Source: the human T2T-CHM13v2.0 reference genome, Homo sapiens
DNA: 64,000 nt
Assembly (NCBI RefSeq): GCF_009914755.1
Contig: NC_060927.1
Reading direction: 5' to 3' (one strand)
Below the pieces are notes generated by a model that saw only the letters and a program-made list of their open reading frames with translations, searched no databases and was not told the DNA's origin. The number at the start of each line of letters is the position of its first letter. The stretch's first letter is position 1. Shown here one piece after another: positions 17,208 through 33,820 of this stretch. The translations under genes and the position numbers were made by a program.

Positions 17208-20200
17208 AGATGATTTCTTATTGCTGATTAATGTCCTTTTTTTTTTTTTCTTGACGTGCTCCCTTTAGCATTTTTTTGTAGGACAGATCTTGTGTTGACA
17301 AAATCCCTCAGCTTTTCTTTGTCTGAGAAAATCTTTATTTCTTGTTCATGTTTGAAAGATATTTTCACTGGATATACTATTCCACATTAAGAGTTTTATT
17401 TCCTTTAGCACTTTAAATATGTATTGCTGCTCTCTCCTGGCCTGTAAAGTTTCCACTGGAAAGTCTGCTGCCAGGTGTAATAGAGCTCCACTGTATGTTA
17501 CTGTTTTTCTCCTCTTGCTGCTTTTAGGATCCTTTATCCTTGACCTTTGGGAATTTTATTATTAAATGTCTTGAGGTATTGTTCTTTGGGTTAAATCTGC
17601 TTGTGTCCCGTAACCTTCTTGTACTTGAATAATGATATATTTCTCTAGGTTTGGGAAATTATCTGTTATTATCCCTTTGAATACACGTTCTACTCCATCT
17701 CTTTCTCTATTTGCTCTTTAAGGCCGATAACTCTTAGATTTACCTTTTGAAGACTATTTTCTAGATCCTGTATGCATGATTCATTCTTTTTAATGCTTTT
17801 TTCTTTTGTCTTCTCTGTGTATTTCCAAATAGCCTACCTTCAAGCTCACTAATTATTTCTTCTGCTTGATCAATTCTGTTATTAAAAGACTGTGATGCAT
17901 TCTTCCATATTTGAATTGCATTTTTAGCTCCAGAATTTCTACTTGATTCTTTTTAATTATTTCATTCTTTTTGTTTAATTTGTGTGACAGAATTATGAAT
18001 TCCTTCTCTCTGAAATCTTGAAATTCTTTGAGTTTCTTCAAAACAGCAATTTTGAATTATCTATCTGAAAGGTCACTTACCTCTGTTTCTCCTAACTTGA
18101 TCCCTGGTACCTTATGTAGTTTATTTGGTAAGTCATGTTTTCCTGGATGATCATGATACTTTTAAATGTTCATCTGTTTCTGGGCATTGAAGAGTTAGAT
18201 ATTTATTGTAGTCTTCATAGTCTGAGCTTGTTTGTTCCCATCCTTCTTGGGAGAGCTTTCCATACAGTTGAAAGGACATGGGTATTACGACCTAAGCTGT
18301 ATCTGCATTAGGGGGCACCTCAAGCCCAGTACTTCTGTGGTTCTTGCAGACTTATACAGATATACCTTGATGGTCTTGGACAAGATCCAGAAGAATTCTT
18401 TGGATTGCCAGGCAGAGACTCCTATTTTCTTCCATTAGTTTCTCCCCATCAAATGGAGCTTTTCTCTCTGTTCTGAGCTGCCTGGAGCTGGGAGTGGAGG
18501 GACAAAAGCTCCCATGTGGCCACCATCACCAGGACTGTGCTGGGTCAGACCTGAAGCCAGCATGGTACTGGGTCTTCCCCAGGCCTGCTGAAAGTCATCT
18601 CTGTTTTCTCAAGGCCCTGGGGCTGTACAGTTAGCAGATTGACAAGCCAGCCAGGCCTGTGTCATCCCTTCAGCACAGTGAGTTCCTGCAGGCCCCAGCT
18701 GGGTTCACAGATGCTGTCCAGGAGTCAGGGACTAGAGTAAAAAAACCTTAGAAGTCTACTTAGTGTGCTATCGTAGTGTGGCTGAGCTGGCACTCAGAGT
18801 ACAAGATGCAATCCTTTCCACTCTTTCCTCTTCTTTCTAAAGAAAGAGAAGCCTCACCCCATGACCACTGGCACCATAGGACAATGGGGACAACTGCCAG
18901 GCTACTGCTGATGTTCCCTGAAGTCCCTGGGGCTCTTCAGTCAGCTTGTAGTGAGTGCTACCTTGCCTGAGACTTACCTTCAGGGCAGTAGGCTCCTTTC
19001 TGGTCCAGGGCAGGTTCCCAAATGCCATCTAAGAGACAAGGCCTGGAATCAGGGCCCAAGAGTCCATTTGGTAGTCTACCCTTCTGTTGCAAACTGGTAC
19101 TTAAGGTACAAGGCAAAGTCTCATTTACTTACCCAAGACCCACATCATACTACCTGGGTATTGCTGCTGGTTATTCAGGGCTCAAGGGTTCTTTAGTTAG
19201 CAAGTGATGAATCTTGCTGGGACTGTGTTCTTCTCTTTAAGGCAGCAGGATCCCTTTTGTCTCAGGGTGTATCTAGAAATGTCATGTGGGAGTTTATTCC
19301 TAGAAAGGGGGTCTCAGGACTCTGACTGATGTCCTATCCTGCTATAGCAGAGCTAGTATCTAAAATAGGAGACAAAGTCCTCTTCACTTTCGCTTTCCTC
19401 TCCTCAAACAGAAGGAAAGGGCCTTTTTTAGAGTTGTGAGCAGTTCAGCCTTGGGTTTGGGGAGGGTTAGCACCAGCATTCCCATAGCTGCCCCAGCTAG
19501 TGTAGTTGAAATGTTCCCCTCCCCCTGTTTACTGGCTCTGAGCCCAGCTGTGCATTAGTACTCTCCTAGGAGTTGCAGTTTTTGTATCCTTGTAGCCTTG
19601 ACTACCTTTCAAGTTTATTTAGAACTCCAGGGCACTTTGTCTTGTGGTGGCGAGGCTTGCAAGAACTGAAGTTCCAACCACTGGGATGGGTGATTCCCAC
19701 CTGGGTAGGGCTGGTTCAAATGCTTCTTCCATGGGTGAGCATCAGTTGAGTTCGGTCTAGTTTTGCTTTCTTCTAAAACAGGGCTGCACTGAGTCCAACT
19801 CAGTGTCTCACCATTTTTGTGCTCTCCCTTTCCCATGCACTCAGATTTTCTCTCCACCACACTGCCACTGTCAAGGGACGGGGGAGAGGTGGCACTGATG
19901 ATTCAGGACTGTTTGTCCTACCTCCTAAGTACCTCTTTTAGTGATATGAATTTAAAACCAGGTACTTTGAGCGCTCATCTGATTTTTGGCTCTTATGAAG
20001 GTATTTTTAAAAAATTTTTTCTGTAGATATTTGTTAAATTGGTGTTCTTGTGAGGGTGATGATAGGTGAAGCCTTCCATTTTGCCCCCTTGCTTCAGCTT
20101 TTTGTTGTTGTTGTTTTAGAAATTCTTAGTGTATTGTCTTTTTCCTAGAGTGTCTAAAATCTGAATTAATCTCCTGAAGATGGGGAAGAATTTTATTCAA

Positions 20201-23200
20201 CTGAGATGGGGAAATTTTATACTATAATGAACTGTTCTCCAGTATGAAGTTCGTTAACTCCACCAATTACGTAGCCAACAATTAGAAACCTAAAAGCAGT
20301 AATTTTGAAATAATTTAGTGCTTTGCAACAGTGCATTTACCTCACATAGGTGACTGTTTTTCTGCTGTAGGCCATTTTCTAGGTGAGGTTTCCGTAGGGC
20401 AAGGAAAATTATCTTTATTATTGTGGTAAGAAGGAAAGTTTTGATGAATTAGAAAGTGGACTCAGAAAGGCTTGCACAGGCCCAGCTGCATTTTAAATGT
20501 GGAAGTAGCTATTAGATTACTTTAAAGATTGACATGTTTATCCTTACTTTTAAGAAAGACTGGGAACTGGATCTGATCTATCCTTCTTTCAGGTTAGAGA
20601 GCCATCTTCTAGTGATGGTTTAGACAGTGTTCCACAAATCTCTCTGCCCCAAGCTTTTCTGCTGATGGTTCACTTTGAAATGTTAGTTGTGTCAGCAATT
20701 GATAGAGGTGGTTTTTCTTCCTGTATTCCTCCTGTTAACCAAAATGGATTAGAAGAGTGAGGGAATGCAGGAAACAGTCACAAAGCAGTAGCACTATCAT
20801 TGGGAAGATTTAGAAGCGTATTGCTTGGTGTATTAAGGAAGATTTTTTTAAACCTTCTTCTAATAAGCCTGAGGAAAAAGTTGCAGGAGAATCTGGTTTG
20901 CTTTTCTTAGGGATCTGTATCATTGATTATTTTAGCAAAGTTTATGTCACCTGAAAGTGACCTTGGTATATGATCTTTTTCTCTCGCTCTCCCTCTTTTC
21001 TCTTCTTCCTGCTGCCTCTCTCTTTCTCTTGCTCTCTCTCTCCCATTCTCCCTTCCTGTTAACTCTGGGATCAGTACTAGGAGTTTAACTATAAATTTTA
21101 AAGTGAGAGAAATACATAATATGTAGGAGGCACTTAAAGTTTACTTAGTAACTAAGTAAACAAATCCATAGTTTTTATTTTATTAATTCAGGTTGTAGCA
21201 CTATACCTTATAAAGGGGATCTAGAATATATGAAATCAAATTCTTATACAGTACATTGAAAATGTTCTGTAGAAGGTTAACTCCAAAGCACAGAAGTAAA
21301 TCTGAACAACTTATTTGCACTTAAATCCATTGTTTAGCAACATAAATTCCCTGTGAATATAAGGGGACTAGTTTTCTACTGAAAGAGTACCTAATTTGCC
21401 CCCCTGTACCCAGATTATCAGTCTTAGAGTATTTTTAGAGTGGTCACAGGGTCTTAAACACAATCGTTGATGTTGTAAATCTATGGAAGAATATGTTTTG
21501 TTAAAGGCATAATAGATCAGATAGGAAATATAAAATGATAATTAACACTGCTTTTTATTATGGCATTTATCCAAATACTTTAGATTACACTTAAGAAAGA
21601 GACAGATATACATAAATAGAAGGTACTAGAAGTAAAGTTGGGAGCACACTGAAGACCTTTGAAACATTATACCTTATTGTAATTTTAGGTTGTTATTTAA
21701 TTAGGAATAGGAAGGTACTTTTTTGATACAGGCTCTGAATGATGACCAACTGTTTATGCATCTAGTTAGATTTTTCACTGGTATTTTGGGAACATTCATT
21801 CAGAACCACTTTGAATTAAGCTGGCAGTTGCAATTTCTAGTACTAAGAAATGTATGTATATTCCCTCATAGAATAATGTAGGAAGCTGTGTACTACTCTT
21901 GTTAATTTCTTGAATACACACTGGTTGAATATTAATTCTGATGCCAGAATCACATGAGTTTTCTTATCTACTGTATGTCTATTTGGGAACAGCTAAAAAA
22001 ACTTGATACTAGTATAGCTTCCACTAACAAAGCTGATGCAGTAAGGGCAAGCTGCGTCTATGATAGAAAAAGCGAATTCCAGATATTTGAATGTAATATA
22101 ACAGTTAGATGTTCTTTATAATAGAAATATATCTGGTTTCTATTCTTGGTATCTTGATATTCTTGATTACTTGTATAGAAAGTTAAAACTTCAGTACATT
22201 TTTATAAGTTGAATTATGTATACTTATATATACCTGTTGTATTGTTTTAATAGTCATTAAATTTTAATTGTATGGAAAATAGTAAGCATAGTTGGTCTTA
22301 ATACCAAGGTTAAGGAAGTGACTAAAATAATATGATTTGGAATTTTTAATTCACTTAGTTAACTTTGTATGGGTATTAAATACCCTGCTGCGACACAGGA
22401 CTACAAAGATCAATGAAACATACCTACTGCTTTAAGGTACTAAATCTAATGCAAAAGGCTGTTAGTCAACTAGTTTAGCTTGTCGAACAGGTAAATTTGA
22501 TTGACAAAATGCAGCTCAAATTTTCTTCTCTAACTCAGAATATTTTTGTATACTTACAGAAATAATTCACTTAACATTTAAAAAAATAAATTATGTATGT
22601 TAGTTGCCAAACTCTGTGCTACTTGTGTCCTTTAAAAGAACACTAAAGAAGAAAATATATCATAAATTTAGTCATAGCGATCTCGTTACAAATCCCATTT
22701 TAATTAAGATTTTATCGGGAATAAGAAAAAATGATACATTTACAGACAAATTGTACAATTTAATATAAGAAAGTATATGGTAGTAAAATATGCTTTATAC
22801 TGTAAAGAATTTTTATATTGCATGGGATTGATTTGACCTGTGAATTCAATTTTGGGAAGTAATAAAAACAAACTGTATGTAAATAAAGGAATTGATCAGA
22901 GTCCAAAAGAGATCATCTTGACATTCTTAATTAGACCTATGTCTACAGAGTCATTTTTCTTCTATGATAGATAATAATGAAGCTTGTTGTTCACTGAAGA
23001 GTTAAATGAAAAAGGCATTTGTGGTGCTGCATAAAATGGTGCTGATTTAGCAGGTGCAAGATTTAGAGATGATTTACCAAGGATAATTTATAAACTGGGT
23101 GGGGAATGGACTTATTTTTTTCCTTTTAATGGAATTTAAAAATATTTCTGTGTAATTATGTTTATATACTTTAAAATGTGATCTAGCTTTATGTTATATA

Positions 23201-25169
23201 GTCTCTAAGATGGGAATACATGGTATGTGAACTTATCCTCTAAAAAGGATCGTAACTAGTTATTCTCCATCTTCACTGAGGTTAAAAGAAGAGGACAGCA
23301 TCTTAAATTGTAGAAGGAAGAAATTCTTTTAGATATGAAGAAGAAATTCTTGACAGCATTAAAACCAGAGCTGACTATCTAAAGAGGTTTTAAATTTTTC
23401 TTCTTGGATGCCTTTTAAGAATGTAACAGATAGTAACTCAACATAGATGGTTTAGATATAGCCATTTCTTGAAGGGTATATACAAAATGATAACCAGAGG
23501 TCAGTACTGCTCCATAATTCTGTGCTTTCATTCCCTATTTTAAAATTTGTTCCATAAATTGCTTGTCCACTTTTAGTAAGTTGCTATATTTCCTAGAGAG
23601 AAGGTTGAATAAAGATTCTCATAAATTCAGTGATGCTGTATTGTGGCAAAAAGATACAAGTAAAGAATCAAAGTATTAAATTCTGTCAAGTCTCTATTAT
23701 CTCTATACAGTGGGGCCTTAATTTTTTTTCATTCACTCTGCTTAATTGAGTATTCTAAACATAGGTAAGATTTTGTTTACTATAACACAGCAGAAGAAAA
23801 GGCTTTTGGCTTAAAGCAGTTATTTCCTGCCCTAGAGTACAGAAACTAACAAGCTCAGAACTCAACCTTGGATTAATCTACTGAAAGTTACTAAGAATCA
23901 TGTGACCATTTCTGCAGTGTTACAGGCTGAGGAAGAGTGAAATCTTTTTCTGAGACAAAACTAAAGTTTTCTTTATAACTTCTACTTTATTTGGCGATCA
24001 CAACCAAATATAAGTTCAAAAGCACTTATATATAAGTTGAATGGCTCAATGTAATTTTTTTATAGTATCTTTTCTTCTCCCAGCTACTTTAAGACTTAAT
24101 TTTATAAGTGTTATTTTGGTTATAACTGTTTAAAGAAAAGTATACATTATCTTAAGTAATTGTAACAACTTCCTCTATTAACAACAGTTTTAGAAGCTAA
24201 CCACAATTTTTAGTAAAACCACATTCAAAGCAAAGGATATTTGAGGCTAAAATAGGTACATGAACTTTTCAATGGTTATGACAGAAAGTTTACAAATAAA
24301 TAATGTGTCTGAGTCTAATTCTTTAAAAAATTAATGCAGAGATGGTTCAAATTAACATCAACAAGTTACCTTTTTACATTGGTCAAGGTTAAAGCAGAAG
24401 TAAATCCTCCTAGATACTGAAATTAGATTTATGTCAGTTTTTACTAATAGGAGACAGATGGGTAGATCACTTTGCTTCTACTCTCTTGTTACAGATGTTT
24501 AGTGAAATTGTGTAAATTTAAAAATCTATTTTCCCTTTAAATGGTCTGAGCAGGGTTTTCATTTATACATTACATTTGAAATTAGCTTGAACAACCTTTT
24601 CAATCCCAGCACCATGGGTTTTCTTGACTATTCATTGTTGCCTTTCTATCTCTTTATATTTACAGTTGGAAGGTTGATGCCAAGTTTTGTAAAACATGTT
24701 CTCTTCCATGCTGAGATCCTCTATGCCAACAATCTCCCTAGAGTGTGTGCTTTAGTAATAAGCCCTGAAAATGGGAACTGATAATGGAAATACTGGCAGC
24801 CCCTTTACAACAGGGGTGCTAGCCTGTTTCTGTAATTAGGAATGTGATTAGAAATAAGAGTTGCTTTTGGTCTTCAATTTCAAGCCATGAAATGAAGGGA
24901 TTTTAGTTTGTCTCATTTTTGGCAAATGGCAAATTTCAGTAACACTTCAGCTTCCTGAGTCTGGCCACAAATAACCTGTTGTTTGAATGTGTTTTCAAAG
25001 CGTCCTAACTGTGCTTTCTTAATCTATTTGTAACCACAGCTTTCTTTTTGAAAATAATTATTTCCCTGATTGTCTTCTTAATATTTTTAGGGTTTATTTT
25101 CTTATTTCTTCCCACCAATCCCAGATTTCAGTGTGTTGTCATCTATGACATAAAATAGCAAAATAATAA

Positions 25170-25310
25170 TAACAATAGTATTTATCAAATAGTTATTATA
25201 TACTATGCACTATGCTAGGTGAATTACATGCATTTTTCATTTAATTTTCTTGTCAGTTCTATACAGTAGACACTATTATTACTTCCCATCTTATGTATGA
25301 GGGAAGCACA
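25170..25310 (-). mobile_element. MIR fragment
   Basis: aataataataacaatagtatttatc...cactatgctagg...tcatttaat...tagacactattattacttcccatcttat...gagggaagca resembles the MIR core. Confidence 0.55.
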
Positions 25311-25599
25311 AGCATGTATCTAAAAAGCGATAGAGCCCATATTCTCTATCACTGTGCTGTGTCAACACTTTATATTACAAAGTACCCCGATCCACAGGTA
25401 ACTGTTTTACTTAAATCAATGTTAATCTCCTTGATCATTTATTCATGGCCATCCTCTTTCATTTGGAAAATATTAATTAACACCTACTATGTGCCTGACA
25501 CTTTGAAAGGCTCTGGGAATATAAGGATGAATGAGTCCAGTTCTTGTCCTTGAGATGGTTACAGATGAATTAAATAAAACATAGCAACACCTACAACCA

Positions 25600-25917
25600 T
25601 AAATATCAAAATGGGCACTGAGTCACCCGATGTACCATTGTAAATGCACAAGGGTGCTGTGAAATATTTAAAATTTTTATGGGAAACACAGCAACACCTA
25701 CTGGATATTACATGAACTACTTTCAGTTTATGTGTGTTTTTTGTTTTGTTTTGTTTTTTTCAACTGGCTACTAAGTTAATAGGGCATTAATACTTGTGGA
25801 ATTGTTTAGACCTACTCATTTAATAAGCAGAACTGATACAGATTTCTTTTGGCCTAGAATATTGTGAAAAATATTACTAAGGATACTATTAACAGAGAAT
25901 ATTTAGGACTCTCTGGC
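25600..25917 (-). mobile_element. Charlie4-type hAT DNA transposon fossil
   Basis: tttagacctactcatttaataagcagaactg...atttcttttggcctag...tgtgaaaaatattact resembles reverse Charlie4a. Confidence 0.55.
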
Positions 25918-27109
25918 CCAAGGAAAGATGTTTGATATTTTTATCAGAGCAATTAAAGAACCCTTAAACAAAACTGAACTAGGAAAATCTTGTAGGTACC
26001 AAGGGTTCAGGAGATCAAAATGGGACTGTGAAACTGGTTATGAAAGTGATATTCAGTTGGGTGCACATAAATACTTATGTATTTTACTCACAAAGATATT
26101 TAAATAAATCTCATTTTGATGAACTTGAGTTATTTTGAATCCAAATTATGAAAGATTTTTAGGAAATAGGTCAAAACACTTTGAGTGAGCTAATTACATG
26201 ATTTGGCTTATGTTTAAATAATAAAAACATAATAGGCTATCAATCTTATATTTGAAGATGGCATTTTTGACACTTTATTTTACTGCTTCTAACCTTAGGT
26301 AAACTGAATGTACTGACTAGGAAGAGCGTATTATGCTGTCACCTTAAGAATATATAATTATAACATCTCAGCAGATGGGTAGACATCTCATAGAAAAATA
26401 ACTGTAAATCTGAGGGAGAGATGTATTTGACAGTCTAACATCTCCACACTTCTAGTTTCCTTTAGTTCAGAATTGCCGCAAGCTTCTCTAGTAATTTGAG
26501 GCCTTGAAGCACTTTGAAATTGCTAGCAATGTTTCCCTAGCTACTTTTTTCATGAAAAGATGATTATGTGATGCTAAGAGGATTTGTTGACAAGAGGAAA
26601 ATTTTTTATCGCACAAGTCTGCTTTCAAGGAAAAAAAACGAATCAATGAAAAATAGCAGTTGGATCATTTTCTGACAGATTAGAGAGATTATCACTGGGA
26701 CTTGATCCATCATCTTAGAGCTAAGATTTAACTATACTATTCATATCATCAACTGAAGGACTAAAGGATGAGAAAATATGAAAGCTCCATTAGGGATAAT
26801 ATATGTAGGATAAAATAATATACATGAAATAAATGATGACCCTTGAGGTCTATATATATAGACCTCATGTAATGAAGAGTTTGGTGGCATTATAGAAAAG
26901 ATCACTTTAATTTAGAAAAAAGGATCAGGACTCAACCCTTGTTTCTGCCATTTATTTAGAAATACAACCTTAAACTTGTTATTTTACCCCCATTGACTCT
27001 GTGTTTCCACAACTAGAAAAGAACGTTGCAGGAGGGAGTAAATGAGACAATCCAGACAAAATACTATACTTACGCAGGGCCTTGTATGTAATAAGTATAA
27101 TGGGTCACG

Positions 27110-27585
27110 TTTGACTGTTGGCGAAAGAGTCACTAATTAGATGTAAAAAATAGAAGCTTATTTATTAATTTATTGTAAGGAACATGTGAAAAAGTTGCAG
27201 TCGTCATCCAGTAGGTGGTTTCATAATTTCATTAGCATTCATCTGTTTGCTTCACCATCCCTAACAAAGGACTCTCAAGATCTCATCCTGGTTTAAGCTC
27301 TAGCCATCACACTCAGATTGGATACAGGAAGCAGGAGGAAAGGGAGAAAGAAAAGGAGAGCATGTGACAGCTGTCTGTGATCCTTTAGATGAGGTTTCCT
27401 GAATATTATATTTAATAATTTGCTGCTGTTCTTTTTGCTATAACTTAATGACCTGGCCATGCATAGATAGTCTAGAAAATGTTGCCTCTTAGCTGGGCAA
27501 ATGGATTTCTGGAATAAAACAGAGCCCTATTAAAGGGTCTTCTTAGAATGAAGAGGAGGATAGGCAACTCATGGTCTCTTGCTCT
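27110..27585. mobile_element. Old MLT1-type MaLR LTR remnant
   Basis: Degenerate gctctagccatcacac...gcaggaggaaaggg...aacttaatgacctggcca...tctagaaaatg...ttagctgggca pattern. Confidence 0.45.
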
Positions 27586-27759
27586 AAGTATTATTCATTT
27601 AATATGAAACTTTTATTTCTTCACCTCTAAACTAAGTATATCTGTTTTCTTGGATTGATAAAAGGATTAAGTGAGATTATATGTGCCTATCAAAGTAATC
27701 ATTTGTTAAAGAAATACAAGAACATTATGTTTAGATTGTAAGGTATCATTTAGCATTTA

Positions 27760-29021
<1,262 letters not shown>

Positions 29022-29649
29022 TGTTGTCTCTTTAAATTGCTCTGATTTCTAAGTGTATAGTCAACTTCTTGAATATTTTTGATGCTTTTATTATCAGAAA
29101 CCACATAGATTCAGAAATCTTATTAATGGATTTTTACAGAAGGTGATACAGAATCTCCTTCTACCATGTAAATAGGAGCCAATTTACTTTATATAAAACC
29201 TTATAAAGTGCAATCCATCCAAAGTTACTTGGAAAGTAGAGTGATCGATTTAGTTGTATATTTGGATTAGCATTATGTTTAATGTGAAATAATGAAAATT
29301 AGAATGAAATTCACTTACAATAATATTTTTCTAAGCATAGTTTAAAATATTATTCAGAAAACACTTAGATGTCTTATTTTAAGATATTTTAAAATGTTTT
29401 ACATTTGCTTAAAATTTTACAATTGAGAAAACATTTCTGCATAAACATCATATCTCATTTCCTTATAATAATAATTCTGTAAGCTTATACACTGAAAAAA
29501 AATGGTAGAAAAGTAAGAAAAACTGCTCAAGGACCCACAGACCATTTTAGAATTATAATATTAATTCTGGTCTTCTAAATTCAGTGCACATTGCATTACA
29601 TGACAGTCCTCTCCATCTTTAGCAACAGAGATAAAAATGTTGGCATCGG

Positions 29650-29952
<303 letters not shown>

Positions 29953-30367
29953 TCATGTGGAGATTGGACTACTGTGATCTTATGTCAAAAACTGTTCATT
30001 TCAAAATAACTAATAGTTATTTAGATTGCAAGCTCTAAAAGGTAGGATTACCATTTTCATTTGTAACTTTGAAAGTGCCTTGTTAGTAGTCACTCAAAAA
30101 TTTTTTCAGTGCTGTTTATTTACTTTTTCAGGCTATTAGCCAATAATAAGCATTATTTGAAATTAAGTAGTTTATTTGAAACACTGTTACATATTGATGT
30201 TCACATTAGTATTTTTAATTTAAGAAAATTATATTCTGCATTCTCTTTAGAAAGTCTTTTTCTCTTGGTAGCGTTTTCATGCAGGGTCTGAGGTAGTACA
30301 TATGATCTAGAATGATCTAGATAATGTCCTCAGAATTCTATTTATTGCTATCTCTCTCTCTCTCTCT

Positions 30368-30674
30368 CTTTTTTTTTTTTTTTTTTTTTTTTTGAGACAG
30401 GGTCTTTCTCTGTCACCTGGGCTAGAGGGCAGTGGTACAATCATGGCTCACTGAAGCCTCAGCCTCCTAGGCTCAAGTGATTCTCCTGCCTCAGCTTCCC
30501 AGGTAACTGGGACTATGGGCACACGCCACCACTCCCAGCTAATTTTGGTATTTTAGTAGAGATGAGGTTTCACCATGTTGGCCAGGCTGGTCTCCAACTC
30601 CTGTGCTCAAGTGATCTGCCAACCTCAGCCTCCCAAAGTGTTAGTACTACAGCCATAAGCCACCACGCCTGGCC
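30368..30674 (-). mobile_element. AluJ SINE preceded by (TC)n
   Basis: gagacagggtct...tcatggctcactg...ggctcaagtga (J-type diagnostics), poly-T at the left end. Confidence 0.9.
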
Positions 30675-32620
30675 TATAAGTTTATTTGATGTAATGGCTG
30701 TACACAGAAAATTCAAATAATTACTTTTTACTTTCTATGTTAATCATATTATGACTAAAAATAAAAACCCATAAAATACTGAAAATTTGGCATTTTTTTC
30801 TTTTGAGAACATTTTCTTTTTGTAAAATAACACTAACCTAAAAAAAAATCCAAGTGATACAAAACATTTTAGTTTGAAATAAAATATTTAATATATTATA
30901 ATTTTAAAATCCTAAATAATCAGAAATGTACACAAAATAATTACATATTGTTCACTGAAATACATTTATACTTGTGAAAAATGTCCAAGTAGAAAGGAAT
31001 AGTTAAATAATTGACATTAAATCTATATGATGTTACCCAACTCTCAAAAATAATGCTTTCAAGGAATATTTTATAACAAAAAATGTTTACAATATGTTAT
31101 GTTGAGAAGTGATGCAGAACTATATATACATTTAATTGCAATTGGGGTTTATGGAAATATTCACACCTGTGCGCATATACATACTTCATTTGAAAAATAC
31201 TGGAGGACTACTATTCTTCACAATGTTAATATCTTTAAGTTGTGGAATACAGGTTAAGTCATTTTATCATTTATGCTTTTACATAGTTTATAAATTTCTA
31301 TAATTAAAATGTATTCAAATATAAAATAAAATGGTTTCATTTCACTAATTCAAATATATTTATTGTGCACAACTAGATATTCCTATGCATATGTATAACT
31401 ATAGATTTTTTTTTTTTTTTTTTGGTAATCTGACCAAAATGGGTATCATGCACTGCATTGGATATTTTTGTAATTTACTATCCAATTTCCTTTGAAAAGA
31501 TTTAGTAATGAGATTTCGGGTCAAAGGGTAGAGTTAGTTTTAAATTCAAATATACTGTACAGTGTCATAAAAAATTCTACCAATTGTGCATGATTTTTTT
31601 CACACCCTCAATAATTCTGAGTGTTGTCATATTTTTCATCTTTATCAACCTGATAGGAATAGGAACAATTATTCCCATTTTCAGTTACATTTCTTTGGAT
31701 ATAATGAAGTTGAACTATAATTAATTGACCAGCATTTTTTGATGACTTACCTATTTATGCCTTTGCTTAATTTTTTATTAGTATGTTGGGTTTTCACCTT
31801 TTGGTTTACAAGAGTGTCTTTGTCTTGAAAAAATAACCCTGTCTGTCGGGTGTGCTCATTTTCCCATTTTATTTTTGAAGTATTTTATATAGTAACATTT
31901 TTCCATATAGCTATTACAATTTTTAAGCACCCAAATGTATCAACCTTCTTCATAGTTGTAAAAGAGGCTTTCAGCACCTTTAGCTAAAGAGTATACAGAA
32001 TATTTACTATAATAATTTATTATTGTATTTTAAAGTTTTATTTTCCAGTAAAATTTTTGATCTCTCTAGAATTTATTTGGCTGTATAGAGCAAGAAATGA
32101 AAGTGCGCTTTTTCATTTATTTCTAATGAACATTCAGGATTCTTAATACCAATTTTAGAATAATGGTCTTAAGCAAGCTGATATGAGACACACATTTTTT
32201 CATGTATAATGTCCCTATATACTTGATAATTAAAAATACATATTATTAAAATGTGGATAGTTTACAAAGATGATTCATTTATTCATAAAACTATTAACAC
32301 CCATTGTCCTATACTGTCATTCTTTCATTCATGCAGTACCAATTTATTGAGACTTTTTAGTACTGGATACTTATGGTTCATGGTCTGTGACCTTAGGGAT
32401 CTAAAAGTTAAGTCATTTATATTTATGTGCAAATTATTAAGTATGAATCTATCAGATATCTGTAGTATAATAGTATTTTGAAATAATGGAGCAGTGAATA
32501 AATTATTTCAAGAAAGTCTGAAAAAAGTGTTCTCCTAAATAATATTCTTGTAAAGAAAGAAACCTTTACTCCTTAAGTCTTTGAAGATACACGTCATAGA
32601 GTTGAAAATGATTTTAAAGA

Positions 32621-33420
32621 GTACATATGGCCAAGAAATATGAAAAAAAAGTTCAGCATCTCTAATCATCAGAGGAATGCAAATTAAACCCACAAAAAGA
32701 TACCATCTTACACAGATCAGAATGCCTATTATTGAAAAGTCAAAAAACAACTGACACCTGCAAGGATGCAGAGACAAAGGAACACGTATATACTGTTTTG
32801 GGGAATGTAAATTAGTACAACATCTGTGGGAAACAGTATGGAGAGTTTTCAAAGAACTAAAAATAGAACTAAACTTTGATCCAGCAATCCCACTACTGCA
32901 TGTTGTGTTTTATCCAAAGGAAAAGAAATCATTTTATTAAAAGACACCTGCACGTGTATGTTTTTTGTACACTCTTCAAAATAGCAAAGTCATGAAATCA
33001 ACCTGTGTTCATCAACAGATGACTGGATTTAAAATGTGGTATGTGTAGGCACACAGTACCACAATACTAGTTGGCCATTAAAAAGAATGAAATCATGTCT
33101 TTTGGAGCAACATGGATGGAGCTGGAGGCCATTGTCATAAGTGCAATGACTCAGAAACAGAAAAAAGGCACATGTTCTCATTTATAAGTGGGAGCTAAAC
33201 AATGGGTATGTACAGCCACACAGAGTGGAATAATAAACACGGGAGACGTCCAAAGCTGGGAGGGTGAGACGGGAGTGAGGGATGTAATACTATGTATTGG
33301 GTACAATGTGCACTATTCAGGTGATGGATGCACTGAAAGCCCAGACTTCACCATTGTGCAATATATCCATGTAACACAAGTGTATTTGTACCCCTAAATC
33401 TACAAAAATATAAATTAAAC
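32621..33420 (+). mobile_element. 5'-truncated L1PB-type (L1PB3/4-like) 3' end
   Basis: ORF2 C-terminus plus 3'UTR (ataagtgggagctaaacaatggg...aaagcccagacttcacca...gtacccctaaatc); flanked by an ~80-bp direct repeat. Confidence 0.85.
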
Positions 33421-33512
33421 ATAATTGTTGTTAAGAAAGAAAGCTTAATTCCTCAAGTCTTTGAAGATACAAGTCATAGAGTGGAAAATGATTTTAAAGA
33501 TGATCTATTTCT

Positions 33513-33820
<308 letters not shown>

